Shown here: positions 18,572 through 30,646 of the stretch, in pieces
Layout: the number at the start of each line of letters is the position of its first letter
How positions within the stretch are numbered: position 1 is the first letter of the stretch
NCBI GenBank assembly: GCA_965223005.1
Contig: CBDCVK010000010.1
Location: 256,001 to 320,000 of the forward strand
Length of the DNA stretch: 64,000 bases
Direction of reading: 5' to 3'
Source: Terriglobia bacterium
GTDB lineage: Bacteria > Acidobacteriota > Terriglobia > JAJPHL01 > JAPKYU01
Notes under the pieces: model-generated
The model's input: the letters and a program-made list of their open reading frames with translations, nothing else
Databases searched by the model: none
Told to the model about the DNA's origin: nothing
Position numbers and translations under genes: made by a program

Positions 18572-19675
18572 ATGCGGCGGAGTCAGACAATTTGGCTGCT
18601 GAAGAGCAGGATGCTCGCGGCAGCTCTGTTCACGCTGCTCCCGCTCTGGAGCGCGGCTCAGGGGCCCAACGCGCCGCCCAGCCCGGTACGCTACACGGAG
18701 GCTCGCGAGCATCCGGTGCGCCGGGCGATCCAGTTACCCGGCACAGTTGAGTCGCCGACCGTCAGCCTGGTGGCTGGCGAAGTTGGCGGGCTGGTGCTGG
18801 AACTGCTGGCGCGCGAGGGTGCCACCGTCAAACAAAACCAGCCACTGGCCCGACTGCGCACCACCAACCTCGAGTTGCAGCGCGACGCTGCTCAGGCGCA
18901 GCTCAAAGAGGCCGAGGCGCGCCTGAAGCTGGCTGAGCGGAACCGGGACCGCGCTCTGGAACTGTTCGAAGCCCAGTTGATCTCGCGCCAGCAGTACGAC
19001 GATTCCTTCTTCGAGTTCAACGCCTGGCAGGGAAGTGTCGAGCGGCTGACTGCTGAAATCGCCCGCATCAACGACGACATCAGCCGCTGCACCATCCGCG
19101 CACCCTTTACCGGCGTGGTGACCGCCGAACAAACCGAGGTTGGCCAATGGCTCGCCGCCGGCGACCCGGTGGTGGAAATTGTCTCGCTGGCCATGCTGGA
19201 AGTGCGCGTTGAGGCTCCGGAGCAATATTTCCCTGACATGAAGCGCGGGACCAGGGCCAGCGTTACCTTTGAGTCTCTGCCCGGTTTGCAGGTTCGTGGC
19301 CGCATCACCGCCATCATTCCTCGCGCCGACCCCCAGGCCCGCACCTTCCCCCTCAAGGTACGCATCCCGAACCGCAGGGGTCGCCTCGGCGTGGGGATGC
19401 TGGCCCAGGTATCGTTCCCGGTCGGGAAGTCCTACCGCGCCACGGTGGTCCCCAAGGACGCTGTTCTAAGGCGCGGCCCTCAGGAGCTCATCGTCCTGAT
19501 GAACGGTGACAGTACCGTCAGCATGGTCCCGGTCGAGACCGGCCAGGGCGTCGGTGACTGGGTAGAGGTCCGGGGCCCGATCGAGGCTGGCACCAAGGTT
19601 GTCACCCGAGGCAACGAGCGCCTCCGTCCGGGCCAGGTGGTACAGGGCGAACCGCTGGAGTACCGGCTACCGTGA
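18572..19675 (+). CDS. RND efflux periplasmic adaptor (MFP)
   Basis: Lipoyl/hairpin pattern, IRAPFTG, VPKDAV, TRGNERLRPG. Confidence 0.9.
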   Translation: MRRSQTIWLLKSRMLAAALFTLLPLWSAAQGPNAPPSPVRYTEAREHPVRRAIQLPGTVESPTVSLVAGEVGGLVLELLAREGATVKQNQPLARLRTTNLELQRDAAQAQLKEAEARLKLAERNRDRALELFEAQLISRQQYDDSFFEFNAWQGSVERLTAEIARINDDISRCTIRAPFTGVVTAEQTEVGQWLAAGDPVVEIVSLAMLEVRVEAPEQYFPDMKRGTRASVTFESLPGLQVRGRITAIIPRADPQARTFPLKVRIPNRRGRLGVGMLAQVSFPVGKSYRATVVPKDAVLRRGPQELIVLMNGDSTVSMVPVETGQGVGDWVEVRGPIEAGTKVVTRGNERLRPGQVVQGEPLEYRLP

Positions 19676-22600
19676 AGATCATCAACGACGCCATTCGCTT
19701 CCCGGTCACCACTGCAGTCGGTGTGATCCTGTTGGTGTTGTTCGGCGCCATCGGCTTGTCCCGCCTGCCGATCCAGCTCACCCCCAACGTCGAGGAGCCC
19801 GAGATTACTGTGCGCACCCGCTGGCCGGGCGCCAGCCCCCATGAGGTGGAGCGCGAAATTGTCGAAGAGCAGGAGGAGCAGCTCAAGTCCCTGGATGGAC
19901 TCACCAAGATGGAGAGCTCCAGCTCCGACGACCAGGGCACCATCACCCTGACCTTTCAGGTGGGTACCGAGATTGACACCGCCCTGCTGAAAGTCTCGAA
20001 CCACCTGGAGCAGGTCCCCTCCTACCCCGACGACGCCGACAAACCCGTCATCCGCAGCGTGAATACCGAGGCCAACGCCATCGGTTGGTTTGCCTTGGCC
20101 CCTACAGAGGAAAACCCCTTCACCGGCGATATCTCCACGCTGTTTGATTTTGTAGACGACTCTATCAAGCCCGAGTTCGAGCGCGTCCCGGGCATCGCCG
20201 CCTCCAATATCTACGGAGGCCGCGAGCGGGAGATGCACGTCATTGTCGATCCGGCCAAGCTGGCCGCCCGGCGCGTCACCTTGAACGAGCTGGGCGCCGC
20301 CGTAGAGCGGGAAAACCGCAGCTATAGCGGCGGGGACTTCGACGAGGGCAAACGCCGCTACCTGGTCCGCACCGTGGGCGAGTACCGCTCGACCGAGGAC
20401 ATCGAGAATATCGTCATCGCCATCCGCAACGGCGTTCCCATCTACCTGAAGGACGTGGCCCGCGCCGAGCTGGGCTACCGCAAGGCCACCGCCAGAGTCT
20501 TCCAAGAAGGCGGACAGGTGATGGCCATGAACGCCGTCAAAGAACCCGGCTCGAACGTGCTGGAGGTGATGGACACACTGAAGCAGAAGGTGGCGCGCCT
20601 GAACGAGAAAGAACTGCGCGACCGCGGGTTGCAGCTTAGCCAGGTCTACGACGAAACTGACTACGTTCGCGGCGCCATTGACCTGGTGCGCCAGAGCTTG
20701 ATCATCGGCGGCGTGCTGGCCGTCATTGTTCTGCTGCTGTTCCTGCGCAGCGTCACCAGCATGCTGGTGGTCGCTATCGCCATCCCCATCAGCATCATCG
20801 GCACCTTCCTGATGATGTGGCTGTTTGGCCGCACGTTGAACGTCATCAGCCTGGCCGGGCTGGCCTTTGCGGTGGGCATGGTCGTGGACAGCTCGATCGT
20901 GGTTCTGGAGAACATCTACCGCCACCGGCAGATGGGAAAGCCGCGCTTTGCCGCTGCCTTCGACGGCGCGCGCGAGGTGTGGGGCGCGGTGCTGGCCAGC
21001 ACCCTGACCACCGTGGCCGTCTTCGTGCCGGTAGTGTTCATCCAGCAGGAAGTTGGCCAACTGTTCGGCGACATCGCCATCGCCATTAGCTGCGCTGTCG
21101 TCCTGAGCCTCCTGGTTTCGATCACCGTCATTCCCAGCCTCTCGGCCAAGATCCTGCACGCTGCCGAGGCGGACCCGGAGCGGTACAGCTTCCGCAATCT
21201 CTGGGGTGTCTCGTTGCTGGCGCGCCGCTTTACGAGCCTGGTCACTGGCACCGTCCACTGGATCACCGGCTCCACTCTGCGCCGGCTGGCTGTGGTGGCC
21301 GCATTGACCACGGCCTCGTTGGGGCTGAGCTACTGGTTGATGCCCAAGACCGAATACCTGCCGGTGGGCAACAACAACTTCATTTTCGCGTTCATGCTGC
21401 CGCCGCCCGGGTTGAACCTGGACGAGGTGGCGTCGTTGCGCACTGTCATCGACCGGGAAATGGAGCCTTTGTGGGGGGCTGCGACCGACGCGACCGACGC
21501 CCAGGACCTGCCGGGCGGCGGCATTCGGAGTTTCTTCTTTGTCGCCCTGAGGGACCGGGCCTTTATGGGGGCTCGCTCGAACGATCCGCTGCGCGTGGGC
21601 GAGCTAATCCCGGTGTTTCAGCGCACCGGGTCCCAGATTCCCGGTTCCATTCTGGTCGCCAGCCAGGCCAGCATCTTCCAGCGTGGCCTTGGTGAGGGAC
21701 GCAACATTGATATAGAAATTACCGGGCCTGAACTGGAGCGCCTGATGGAGTTGGGCAGCGAAGTGTTCCTCAACGTGATGCAGGTGTTGCCCGGCTCGCA
21801 GGCGCGGCCTATCCCCAGCCTGGACCTGGACAACCCCGAGCTACGGGTGCGGACTCACCGGCGCCGCGCCGCCGATGTGAGCGTCTTCAACCGTGAGCTG
21901 GGGTTTGCAGTCAGCGCGCTGGTGGACGGCGCCAAGGCCAGCGACTACCAACATGAGGGCAAAGAGATTGACCTGAAGGTGATGGGCGAGGAGAGCTTCG
22001 CGCACCGCACCCACCTGCTGGAACAGATGCCCATTGCCACGCCCGACGGCCGCCTGGTCACGCTGGGCTCGGTGGCCCAGATTTCGCTGGTCAACGGCCC
22101 CCAGACGATCAACCACATCAAGCGCGAGCGCGCGGTCACCATTCAGGTGACTCCCAGCGAGCAGGTGTCGCTGGAGGCGGCGATGGACTCGATTGAGTCC
22201 GACATCATTGGGCCCATGCGCCAGCAGGGCAAGCTGGGCAGCCTGTACCAGGCCAGGTTGAGCGGGACGGCCGACAAGCTAGCCGAGACTGGACGCGAGC
22301 TGCGCTGGAATTTCCTGTTGGTGCTGGTGATCACCTACCTGCTGATGGCTGCGCTGTTCGAGAGCTTCCTCTACCCCTTCGTGATCATGTTCAGCGTGCC
22401 CCTGGCGGCCCTGGGCGGCTTCCTGGGACTGGCCACCATGAACGTGTTCAGCTACCAGGCGCTGGACATGCTTACCATGCTGGGCTTCATCATTCTGGTG
22501 GGCACGGTGGTGAACAACGCCATCCTGATTGTCCACCAGTCTCTGAACCACATGCGCGAGGAGGGGCTGGCGCCTCGGGAGGCCATCCGTGAGGCGGTCT

Positions 22601-22860
22601 CCAACCGCATCCGCCCCATCTTTATGAGCGTCAGCACCTCAGTGTGCGCGATGCTGCCGCTGGTGCTGTTCCCGGGCGCCGGCTCGGAACTCTACCGCGG
22701 TCTGGGCAGCGTGGTGGTAGGTGGCCTGATCCTTTCTACGGTTTTTACCCTCTTCCTGGTACCGGCTCTGTTCAGCTTGACGCTGGACATCCGCTCCGCC
22801 CTGACGACCCGGCTGCACGGATGGCTCCACCCCGCCGAGCGCCCGGCCGGCGGCGATTAG
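19672..22860 (+). CDS. RND efflux permease (AcrB family)
   Basis: 1062 aa, GMVVDSSIVVLEN, VVNNAIL, RIRPIFMS. Confidence 0.93.
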   Translation: MKIINDAIRFPVTTAVGVILLVLFGAIGLSRLPIQLTPNVEEPEITVRTRWPGASPHEVEREIVEEQEEQLKSLDGLTKMESSSSDDQGTITLTFQVGTEIDTALLKVSNHLEQVPSYPDDADKPVIRSVNTEANAIGWFALAPTEENPFTGDISTLFDFVDDSIKPEFERVPGIAASNIYGGREREMHVIVDPAKLAARRVTLNELGAAVERENRSYSGGDFDEGKRRYLVRTVGEYRSTEDIENIVIAIRNGVPIYLKDVARAELGYRKATARVFQEGGQVMAMNAVKEPGSNVLEVMDTLKQKVARLNEKELRDRGLQLSQVYDETDYVRGAIDLVRQSLIIGGVLAVIVLLLFLRSVTSMLVVAIAIPISIIGTFLMMWLFGRTLNVISLAGLAFAVGMVVDSSIVVLENIYRHRQMGKPRFAAAFDGAREVWGAVLASTLTTVAVFVPVVFIQQEVGQLFGDIAIAISCAVVLSLLVSITVIPSLSAKILHAAEADPERYSFRNLWGVSLLARRFTSLVTGTVHWITGSTLRRLAVVAALTTASLGLSYWLMPKTEYLPVGNNNFIFAFMLPPPGLNLDEVASLRTVIDREMEPLWGAATDATDAQDLPGGGIRSFFFVALRDRAFMGARSNDPLRVGELIPVFQRTGSQIPGSILVASQASIFQRGLGEGRNIDIEITGPELERLMELGSEVFLNVMQVLPGSQARPIPSLDLDNPELRVRTHRRRAADVSVFNRELGFAVSALVDGAKASDYQHEGKEIDLKVMGEESFAHRTHLLEQMPIATPDGRLVTLGSVAQISLVNGPQTINHIKRERAVTIQVTPSEQVSLEAAMDSIESDIIGPMRQQGKLGSLYQARLSGTADKLAETGRELRWNFLLVLVITYLLMAALFESFLYPFVIMFSVPLAALGGFLGLATMNVFSYQALDMLTMLGFIILVGTVVNNAILIVHQSLNHMREEGLAPREAIREAVSNRIRPIFMSVSTSVCAMLPLVLFPGAGSELYRGLGSVVVGGLILSTVFTLFLVPALFSLTLDIRSALTTRLHGWLHPAERPAGGD

Positions 22861-22962
22861 CGACCGCTTGGTGGGACGCAAGCGCTGCCTGCGCACTTCG
22901 TAGTACACTCAACCGAGCCATCTTTAGATTCAGGCTTTGATCCACTCAAGAAGGCTATCTCG

Positions 22963-23370
22963 GTGACGAAAGACGATTGGCCGGTGGGATTTCTGGAAGG
23001 CGTCCGGCTGTTCAACCAGGGCCATTTCTTCGAGACCCACGAGGTGTGGGAGGAAGTTTGGAAGTCGGCGGCAGCCGAGGAGCGGGACTTCTACCAGGGC
23101 ATGGTCCACCTCACCGTGGCGCTCTACCAGGCCCGGCGCGCTAACTGGCGCGCCGCCCACTCCCAGTTGCGCCGAGCGGCCAAACGACTGGCGCGCTTTG
23201 AAGCGCACCGCAACCTGGACGTTCGGGGTCTGCGGATGGCGGTCGCCGAGGCCGTCGAGCAACTCGAAGCCGGTTCCCCAGCCGGTACACCAGCCCGTAC
23301 CGATGAGCCGCACTTTCCCCGAATCAGCCTCACTCCAACAGCTTGCCCCGAGTCTCCTGCAGGCCCGTAG
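22963..23370 (+). CDS. DUF309 family protein
   Basis: GVRLFNQGHFFETHEVWEEVW, FYQG. Confidence 0.85.
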   Translation: MTKDDWPVGFLEGVRLFNQGHFFETHEVWEEVWKSAAAEERDFYQGMVHLTVALYQARRANWRAAHSQLRRAAKRLARFEAHRNLDVRGLRMAVAEAVEQLEAGSPAGTPARTDEPHFPRISLTPTACPESPAGP

Positions 23371-23398
23371 CGATGAGGGCTGATGGGCAGCGAAGACG

Positions 23399-24238
23399 TC
23401 ACTTGATGACAGTGAACTTGGCTTCGTAGCGGATGTTTTGTTCAGCCAGCAGGTCGCGGATCTCCAGTCGAATCGTGTAGTCACCGGGCCGCAAATCCGG
23501 CTGGAGGTCCAGGCTGAAGGTCGCGTGGAGAAAACGGGGCGGGTAGAACATGCGGTGCTTTTCTACCAGCGCCTTGGGCTTGGCATACAGCACCTCGCCC
23601 TCCGCATCGAGCACCGTGAGGTCTTCCTCCACCCAGACCTGCTTCTCAGGGCCGACCCGGAAGCCTACCAGCCAGTAGCGTGCCCACAGCGTGCTGCCCG
23701 CCAGGTAGGTGGTGGAGGGTTTGGGAGTGCCGTACTCGGTGTCAGCAAACTGGAACTTGCGCACCGTCAAGGTGGCGCTGGGCTCGACGGTCTCGCCGCG
23801 CACGCTGAAATTCATCTGGTGGCGCACTTCCTGGCCGGCAACTTCATCGCGCACGAGGATGTTCACCCGATATTCGCCGCTGGGGGCAAAGGCAGGGATC
23901 ACCAGGGACCAGTTGACCTTGGGACGCCAGTCCTGGTCCTGCCGCCGTAGTCTCTCCTCGATCTTCTGGCTGAGGGTTTCCGTCAGCGGGACGTTCTTGG
24001 GGTCCACGCAGTCGATCCAGTAGGCGAGCCGCACTTGATCGTCCCTATCGGCCTGGAAGCCGCCGATACGGAACCTCAAGTACAGTGTGTCGCCGGCAGT
24101 GAGCCATTGCTCCCGCACCAGCACGCGGTCGTAGTCTTCGAAGTAGGCGTCCTGGATAGACAGGTCGGCTGCCGCCACCGGCAGGCGGAAGCCAGAGGCG
24201 AGGCAAATCAAAACGAGCAATAGAATGCGACGCCCCAC
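23399..24238 (-). CDS. Hypothetical secreted protein with two similar Ig-like halves
   Basis: Signal peptide; repeated GF...GEY/GDY...IRD pattern. Confidence 0.7.
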   Translation of the reverse strand: MGRRILLLVLICLASGFRLPVAAADLSIQDAYFEDYDRVLVREQWLTAGDTLYLRFRIGGFQADRDDQVRLAYWIDCVDPKNVPLTETLSQKIEERLRRQDQDWRPKVNWSLVIPAFAPSGEYRVNILVRDEVAGQEVRHQMNFSVRGETVEPSATLTVRKFQFADTEYGTPKPSTTYLAGSTLWARYWLVGFRVGPEKQVWVEEDLTVLDAEGEVLYAKPKALVEKHRMFYPPRFLHATFSLDLQPDLRPGDYTIRLEIRDLLAEQNIRYEAKFTVIK

Positions 24239-24401
24239 TTCTTCATTTTAGCGCAACATGTGCTGGTGCAGCGCACCGACCTACAGGGCGTTCAGGGCAG
24301 AGAAAGGCCCGCAGCAGTGCTCGGTGGCGTTTTTTGCCCCAAGATCCCTGCTGGAGTCGCAATCGTGAGTAAGAGAAAAACTGCTAAGAGATTGGGCGCA
24401 G

Positions 24402-24908
24402 TTAATCCGATTCGATACCGGCGCGACTTAACAGGCGCCGCAGTGCTGATTCACCCGCCGCCCCGCGTTGAGTCCCGGCAATGTACCCCTCGCGGTCGAT
24501 CACCACGTAAAACGGGACGCCCGGGCGGCTGAACCTGGCAGCAAGGTTGGTGTCCTCGTTCAGCACGACCCGGCATGACCGCGGATTCCGCCGAAGATAC
24601 TTGCGGACTGTTTTCTTCGACTCGCCGACGTCCACAGCGAGCACAATCAAACCCTGGTCGGAAAACTCCTTGTCGATTGCATCCACCAAGGACTGTTCCC
24701 TGCGACAGTAGCCGCACCACGTGGTCCAAAACTGGAGCAGGACGACTTTTCCCTTCACCGACTTCTTGGTGAACCTTTCGCCCGCGAGCGTTTTCGCATA
24801 AAACTGAGGAGCTGGTCCCTGCTTGTCCACCCCGCCAAACGCGAAAAGAATCGCGAGGTTCAGGAAGAAGAATAAAACTAGCCGGAACGTTCCGTTTCTC
24901 GCGCGCAT
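24402..24908 (-). CDS. TlpA/redoxin family thiol-disulfide oxidoreductase
   Basis: GKVVLLQFWTTWCGYC, GVPFYVVID; ATG 24908 preferred. Confidence 0.85.
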   Translation of the reverse strand: MRARNGTFRLVLFFFLNLAILFAFGGVDKQGPAPQFYAKTLAGERFTKKSVKGKVVLLQFWTTWCGYCRREQSLVDAIDKEFSDQGLIVLAVDVGESKKTVRKYLRRNPRSCRVVLNEDTNLAARFSRPGVPFYVVIDREGYIAGTQRGAAGESALRRLLSRAGIESD

Positions 24909-24951
24909 GTCATGGACTGTAGCACAGAAACAAATCACGAATTGGTGCCCT

Positions 24952-26160
24952 TTAGCGGACATGGAGGGGTCCATTCGGGTTGGCCTTTGGTCGGCCGGAA
25001 ACTTCGCCACCCGAGCCCGGACGGCTTCCGACGGCGGCAACTGAGCGGGCCTCATTTTCCCGCCCGGGCTCCTCCGTCGCATCGTCAGAAGCGCTGCCGG
25101 CTGAGCGGAGGCGCTCAAGCGCCCAGGCCGCATGCTCGCGGATCAGCTCACTGGGATGAGCTGCCAGCCGCTCCAGTTCCGGAAGCAACTTCGGGTCCCC
25201 GGAATTGCCCATCGCCACGCACACATTCCGCAGAAAGCCACGATAGCGAGCACGCTGGATGGGACTGTTGCGGAACAGACCGCGGAACTGTTCCTCACTG
25301 ATCCGAGCCAGCTCTTCCAGCGGCGGGTTGAACAGACCCGGACGCGGCAGGAATGCTTGCTCCTGAGTCGCCGGAGCCTTTCTATTCCAGGGGCAGACGT
25401 CCTGGCAGATGTCGCAGCCGAACACGTGGCGGCCTAGGCCGGGACGCATCTCGACGGGGATGGAGCCGCGGGCCTCGATGGTCCAATAGGAAATGCAGAG
25501 GCGGGAATCGAGCACCCGGGGCTCCAGCAGAGCGCCCGTGGGGCAGGCATCCAGGCAGCGGGTACAGGTACCGCAGCGGTCCGCGGCCGGCAGGTCCGGC
25601 TCCAGATCCAGGGTGGTCAGCACTTCGCCCAGAAACAGCCACGAGCCCAGTTGCTGATTGATCAGGCAGGTGTTCTTACCCAGCCAGCCGACCCCGGTGT
25701 GCCGCGCCAGTGCCCGCTCCAGCACGGGACTGGTGTCCACGGCGATTCGCGCCTGAAACGAAGACGGCATCCGCTGTTCGAGCAGGGTCACAAACGATTC
25801 GAGCCTCTCCCGGAACACCTTGTGGTAATCCTCGCCCCAGGCGTAGCGCGAAATCCAGGCGCGGGTGGCCTCCGGCAGGCTGGTCGAGTACGGCAGCGGT
25901 GTGTTGTAGTTCAGCGCCAGGCAAATCACCGAGCGAGTGCCGGGCAGCAAGCGCTCCAGGTCAGCGCGAATTTCGGCCCGCGTCCCGGTCATGTAAGACA
26001 GCGCAGCATGGTAGCCGCGCTCGAGCCAGGAAAAGAAAAAGGGCAGGTCCGGGCCGGTGGGTAGATCCGTGGCCCGAACCACTCCCCACAGGTCCAGACC
26101 GAGCTGTCGGGCCGCCGCTTTCAGCAGTTCCCGCTCTGGCAGCAGTTCCCGCTTGGGCAT
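24952..26160 (-). CDS. queG: tRNA epoxyqueuosine reductase QueG
   Basis: SRYAWGEDYH, VDTSPVLER, CGTCTRCLDACPT, FGCDICQDVCPWN. Confidence 0.93.
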   Translation of the reverse strand: MPKRELLPERELLKAAARQLGLDLWGVVRATDLPTGPDLPFFFSWLERGYHAALSYMTGTRAEIRADLERLLPGTRSVICLALNYNTPLPYSTSLPEATRAWISRYAWGEDYHKVFRERLESFVTLLEQRMPSSFQARIAVDTSPVLERALARHTGVGWLGKNTCLINQQLGSWLFLGEVLTTLDLEPDLPAADRCGTCTRCLDACPTGALLEPRVLDSRLCISYWTIEARGSIPVEMRPGLGRHVFGCDICQDVCPWNRKAPATQEQAFLPRPGLFNPPLEELARISEEQFRGLFRNSPIQRARYRGFLRNVCVAMGNSGDPKLLPELERLAAHPSELIREHAAWALERLRSAGSASDDATEEPGRENEARSVAAVGSRPGSGGEVSGRPKANPNGPLHVR

Positions 26161-26356
26161 CACGGGCTACTGTACCACCAAAAAGACCCCCCGCTTCGCC
26201 CCTCCCTAGTCCCCATACGACTATGAAAAGTAGCCCTTTAATAGAAAACAGTTAAGCTATCATGACACCGCCCTTAAGGTTAGGGAGCGGTTCGTGTGCC
26301 CCGCTATGGGAGGGGGTGCCGTATATTCTTAGGAACCCGAGTAAGGAGACGAGTAG

Positions 26357-28420
<2,064 letters not shown>

Positions 28421-28451
28421 TTTCCTGGGTCAGTCCCCCCCAGCGGCCATT

Positions 28452-28499
28452 GCGAACGGGGTAGCCAACTCGAAGCGGTTGGCTACCCCGTTTGCTTTT
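28452..28499. terminator. Rho-independent terminator between convergent genes
   Basis: GCGAACGGGGTAGCCAAC / GTTGGCTACCCCGTTTGC stem followed by TTTT. Confidence 0.75.
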
Positions 28500-28549
28500 G
28501 CCCACCCAGGTCGATTCCCCCAGCGAACGGTAGCCACTTTGCTCCCGCC

Positions 28550-29713
28550 TCACCGGCGGAAGAAGGCGGCAATGGCGGCGACCACGCGCTGTTGCTGCTC
28601 GTCGGTAATTTCCGGGAAGATCGGAAGGGAAAGGACCTCGCGCGCGGCGCGCTCGGCTTCCGGGCAGCCACCCTCCTTACCGCCCAGCGAGGCAAAGCAA
28701 CGTTGCAGGTGCAGCGGGAGTGGGTAGTAGATGGCGGTGCGGACGCCCTCAGCTTCCAGGGCCAGATGGAGCCGGTCGCGGTCGAGCGCGCGAATCGTGT
28801 ACTGGTGGAAGACGTGCCGGCCGGGGCCAGGCTCCACCCCCGGCACCACCACCGGGCGTTCGTCCGAGGGGTAAACAGCTGCGTCCTGCGCCAGGCCGCG
28901 CTCCACGAACAGGCGGGTGTAGCGCTCGGCGGCGTGCTCGCGGGCAGCCGTCCAGGCCTCCAGGTGCCGCAGTTTCACCAGCAGCACCGCTGCCTGCAAC
29001 GTGTCCAGGCGGCTGTTGAGGCCCACCTCCTCGTGGTAGTAGCTGTCGGTTGAGCCGTGCACGCGCAGACGGCGCAGCCGAGCCGCCAGTGCGTCGTCGT
29101 CGGTCACCACCATTCCGCCGTCACCATAGCCCCCGAGATTCTTGGCAGGATAGAAGCTGAAGGTGCCCATGCGCCCGAGGCCGCCGGCGCGGCGGCCATG
29201 GCGCTCGGCCAGAATAGCCTGCGCCGCGTCTTCCACTATGGGTACCCCCTCGGGCAGACGCTCCCGCAGCGCCTCCATGTCAGGAATCTGCCCGAACAGG
29301 TCTACCGGGATGGCGGCCCGCAGTTTCTGATGGCGGGCTACGGCTTGCTCCAGGGCGGCGGGTGACATGTTGAAGGAGCGCGGCTCGATGTCCACGAACA
29401 CCGGGCGTGCTCCCAATCGGGCTACCGCGCCGGCGGTGGCTACAAACGTGAACGATGGGACCGCGACTTCGTCGCCCGCGCGAATATCGAGCGCTAGCAG
29501 CGTCAGCAGCAGCGCGTCGGAGCCGTTGGCGCAGGCTACCGCATGACGGGTCCCGCACAAGCGCGCCATCTCCTCCTCCAGAAGGCGCACCTCGCGGCCC
29601 AGCACGAACTCCTGCCGCTCCAGAACGTCGGCTAGGGCCAGTGCAACTTCGGTGCGGATGGAATCGTACTGCGCGCGCAAATCGTGCAACGGCAGAACCG
29701 GCTTGCGGGACAC
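28550..29713 (-). CDS. DegT/DnrJ/EryC1/StrS aminotransferase
   Basis: EDAAQA, FSFYPAKNLGGYGDGG, NSRLDTLQAA. Confidence 0.92.
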   Translation of the reverse strand: MSRKPVLPLHDLRAQYDSIRTEVALALADVLERQEFVLGREVRLLEEEMARLCGTRHAVACANGSDALLLTLLALDIRAGDEVAVPSFTFVATAGAVARLGARPVFVDIEPRSFNMSPAALEQAVARHQKLRAAIPVDLFGQIPDMEALRERLPEGVPIVEDAAQAILAERHGRRAGGLGRMGTFSFYPAKNLGGYGDGGMVVTDDDALAARLRRLRVHGSTDSYYHEEVGLNSRLDTLQAAVLLVKLRHLEAWTAAREHAAERYTRLFVERGLAQDAAVYPSDERPVVVPGVEPGPGRHVFHQYTIRALDRDRLHLALEAEGVRTAIYYPLPLHLQRCFASLGGKEGGCPEAERAAREVLSLPIFPEITDEQQQRVVAAIAAFFRR

Positions 29714-29852
29714 GGCTTCGGGACTATATCACAGGACTCTTTGCGGGCCTTTGGAATGGGATTCTGAGCTCAGGAGTGAACAAGGCTTTGGCCTTTAGGC
29801 CTCGTATTTTCGACCATTCAAGCAGTAACCCCGGGCGGCCGGGACCCGTCTT

Positions 29853-30551
29853 ATGGGCATGAATTCCCGATCCTCCTTCCCACTGTTCGCCGTGATCGTG
29901 CTGCTGGCGGTTTTGGCTTCGGGGGCGTTGCCTGCCTGGGCGGTGACCCTGCAGCCGGGCACGGAGATTGTCGTCCGTCTGGAAAACCAGGTGGTTCCGG
30001 GTAGAAAAAGCCTGGAACGCTTCTCGGCCCTGGTGGTCTACCCGGTTTTTGCCGACGGGCAGGAGGTGCTGCCCGCCGGATGCGAGGTAGAAGGCCGGGT
30101 GCGCGGCAGCAAGAAGCGCATCCAGCTCAGCCCGCAGACCCTGATTCTGCCCAACGGCCGGCGCCTGGATTTCAACGCCGCCGTGAAGGCCATTGACCGC
30201 AAGCGCCTGCAAGCCGAAGCGAAGGAGGGAACCATCGGCCGGTCGGGCAGCAATGGGGATGCAATGGGGGAGGCGGTACAGATAGGCATGAGTGGAGCTG
30301 CTATCGGCGCCATGACTACCCGCAGCGCCAAGGGTGCTGGCATTGGGGCTGCGGCCGGTGTGGCAGCCGTGCTGATCGGGCGCAAAATCGCAGGCAGCCG
30401 CGCGCCGACCGTTATTCCTGCTGGAACTCAGTTAACCATGAGTCTGGCCCGCCCGCTGGAGATCCCCGAAGGACTAACCGAAGCACCCGTCTCTGAGCGG
30501 CGGCCCCGCGATCCCGACGATCGCCGGCCCATCCTCCGCCGCTACGATTAA
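29853..30551 (+). CDS. Secreted TrbI/VirB10-like protein with glycine zipper
   Basis: Signal peptide, PGTEIVVRL, GAGIGAAAG, IPAGTQL. Confidence 0.6.
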   Translation: MGMNSRSSFPLFAVIVLLAVLASGALPAWAVTLQPGTEIVVRLENQVVPGRKSLERFSALVVYPVFADGQEVLPAGCEVEGRVRGSKKRIQLSPQTLILPNGRRLDFNAAVKAIDRKRLQAEAKEGTIGRSGSNGDAMGEAVQIGMSGAAIGAMTTRSAKGAGIGAAAGVAAVLIGRKIAGSRAPTVIPAGTQLTMSLARPLEIPEGLTEAPVSERRPRDPDDRRPILRRYD

Positions 30552-30564
30552 CCCCGCTAATTTC

Positions 30565-30646
30565 AAAAGACAAATACAAAGACACGAAGGACAAAAAGCG
30601 TTCGGCTTTGTGAACTTTGTGCCTTCGTGTCTTCGTGTTGTCTTTT
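30565..30646. repeat. Imperfect inverted repeat of ACAC(G/A)AAG-like units between convergent genes
   Basis: aaaagacaaatacaaagacacgaagg pairs with ccttcgtgtcttcgtgttgtctttt. Confidence 0.7.
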
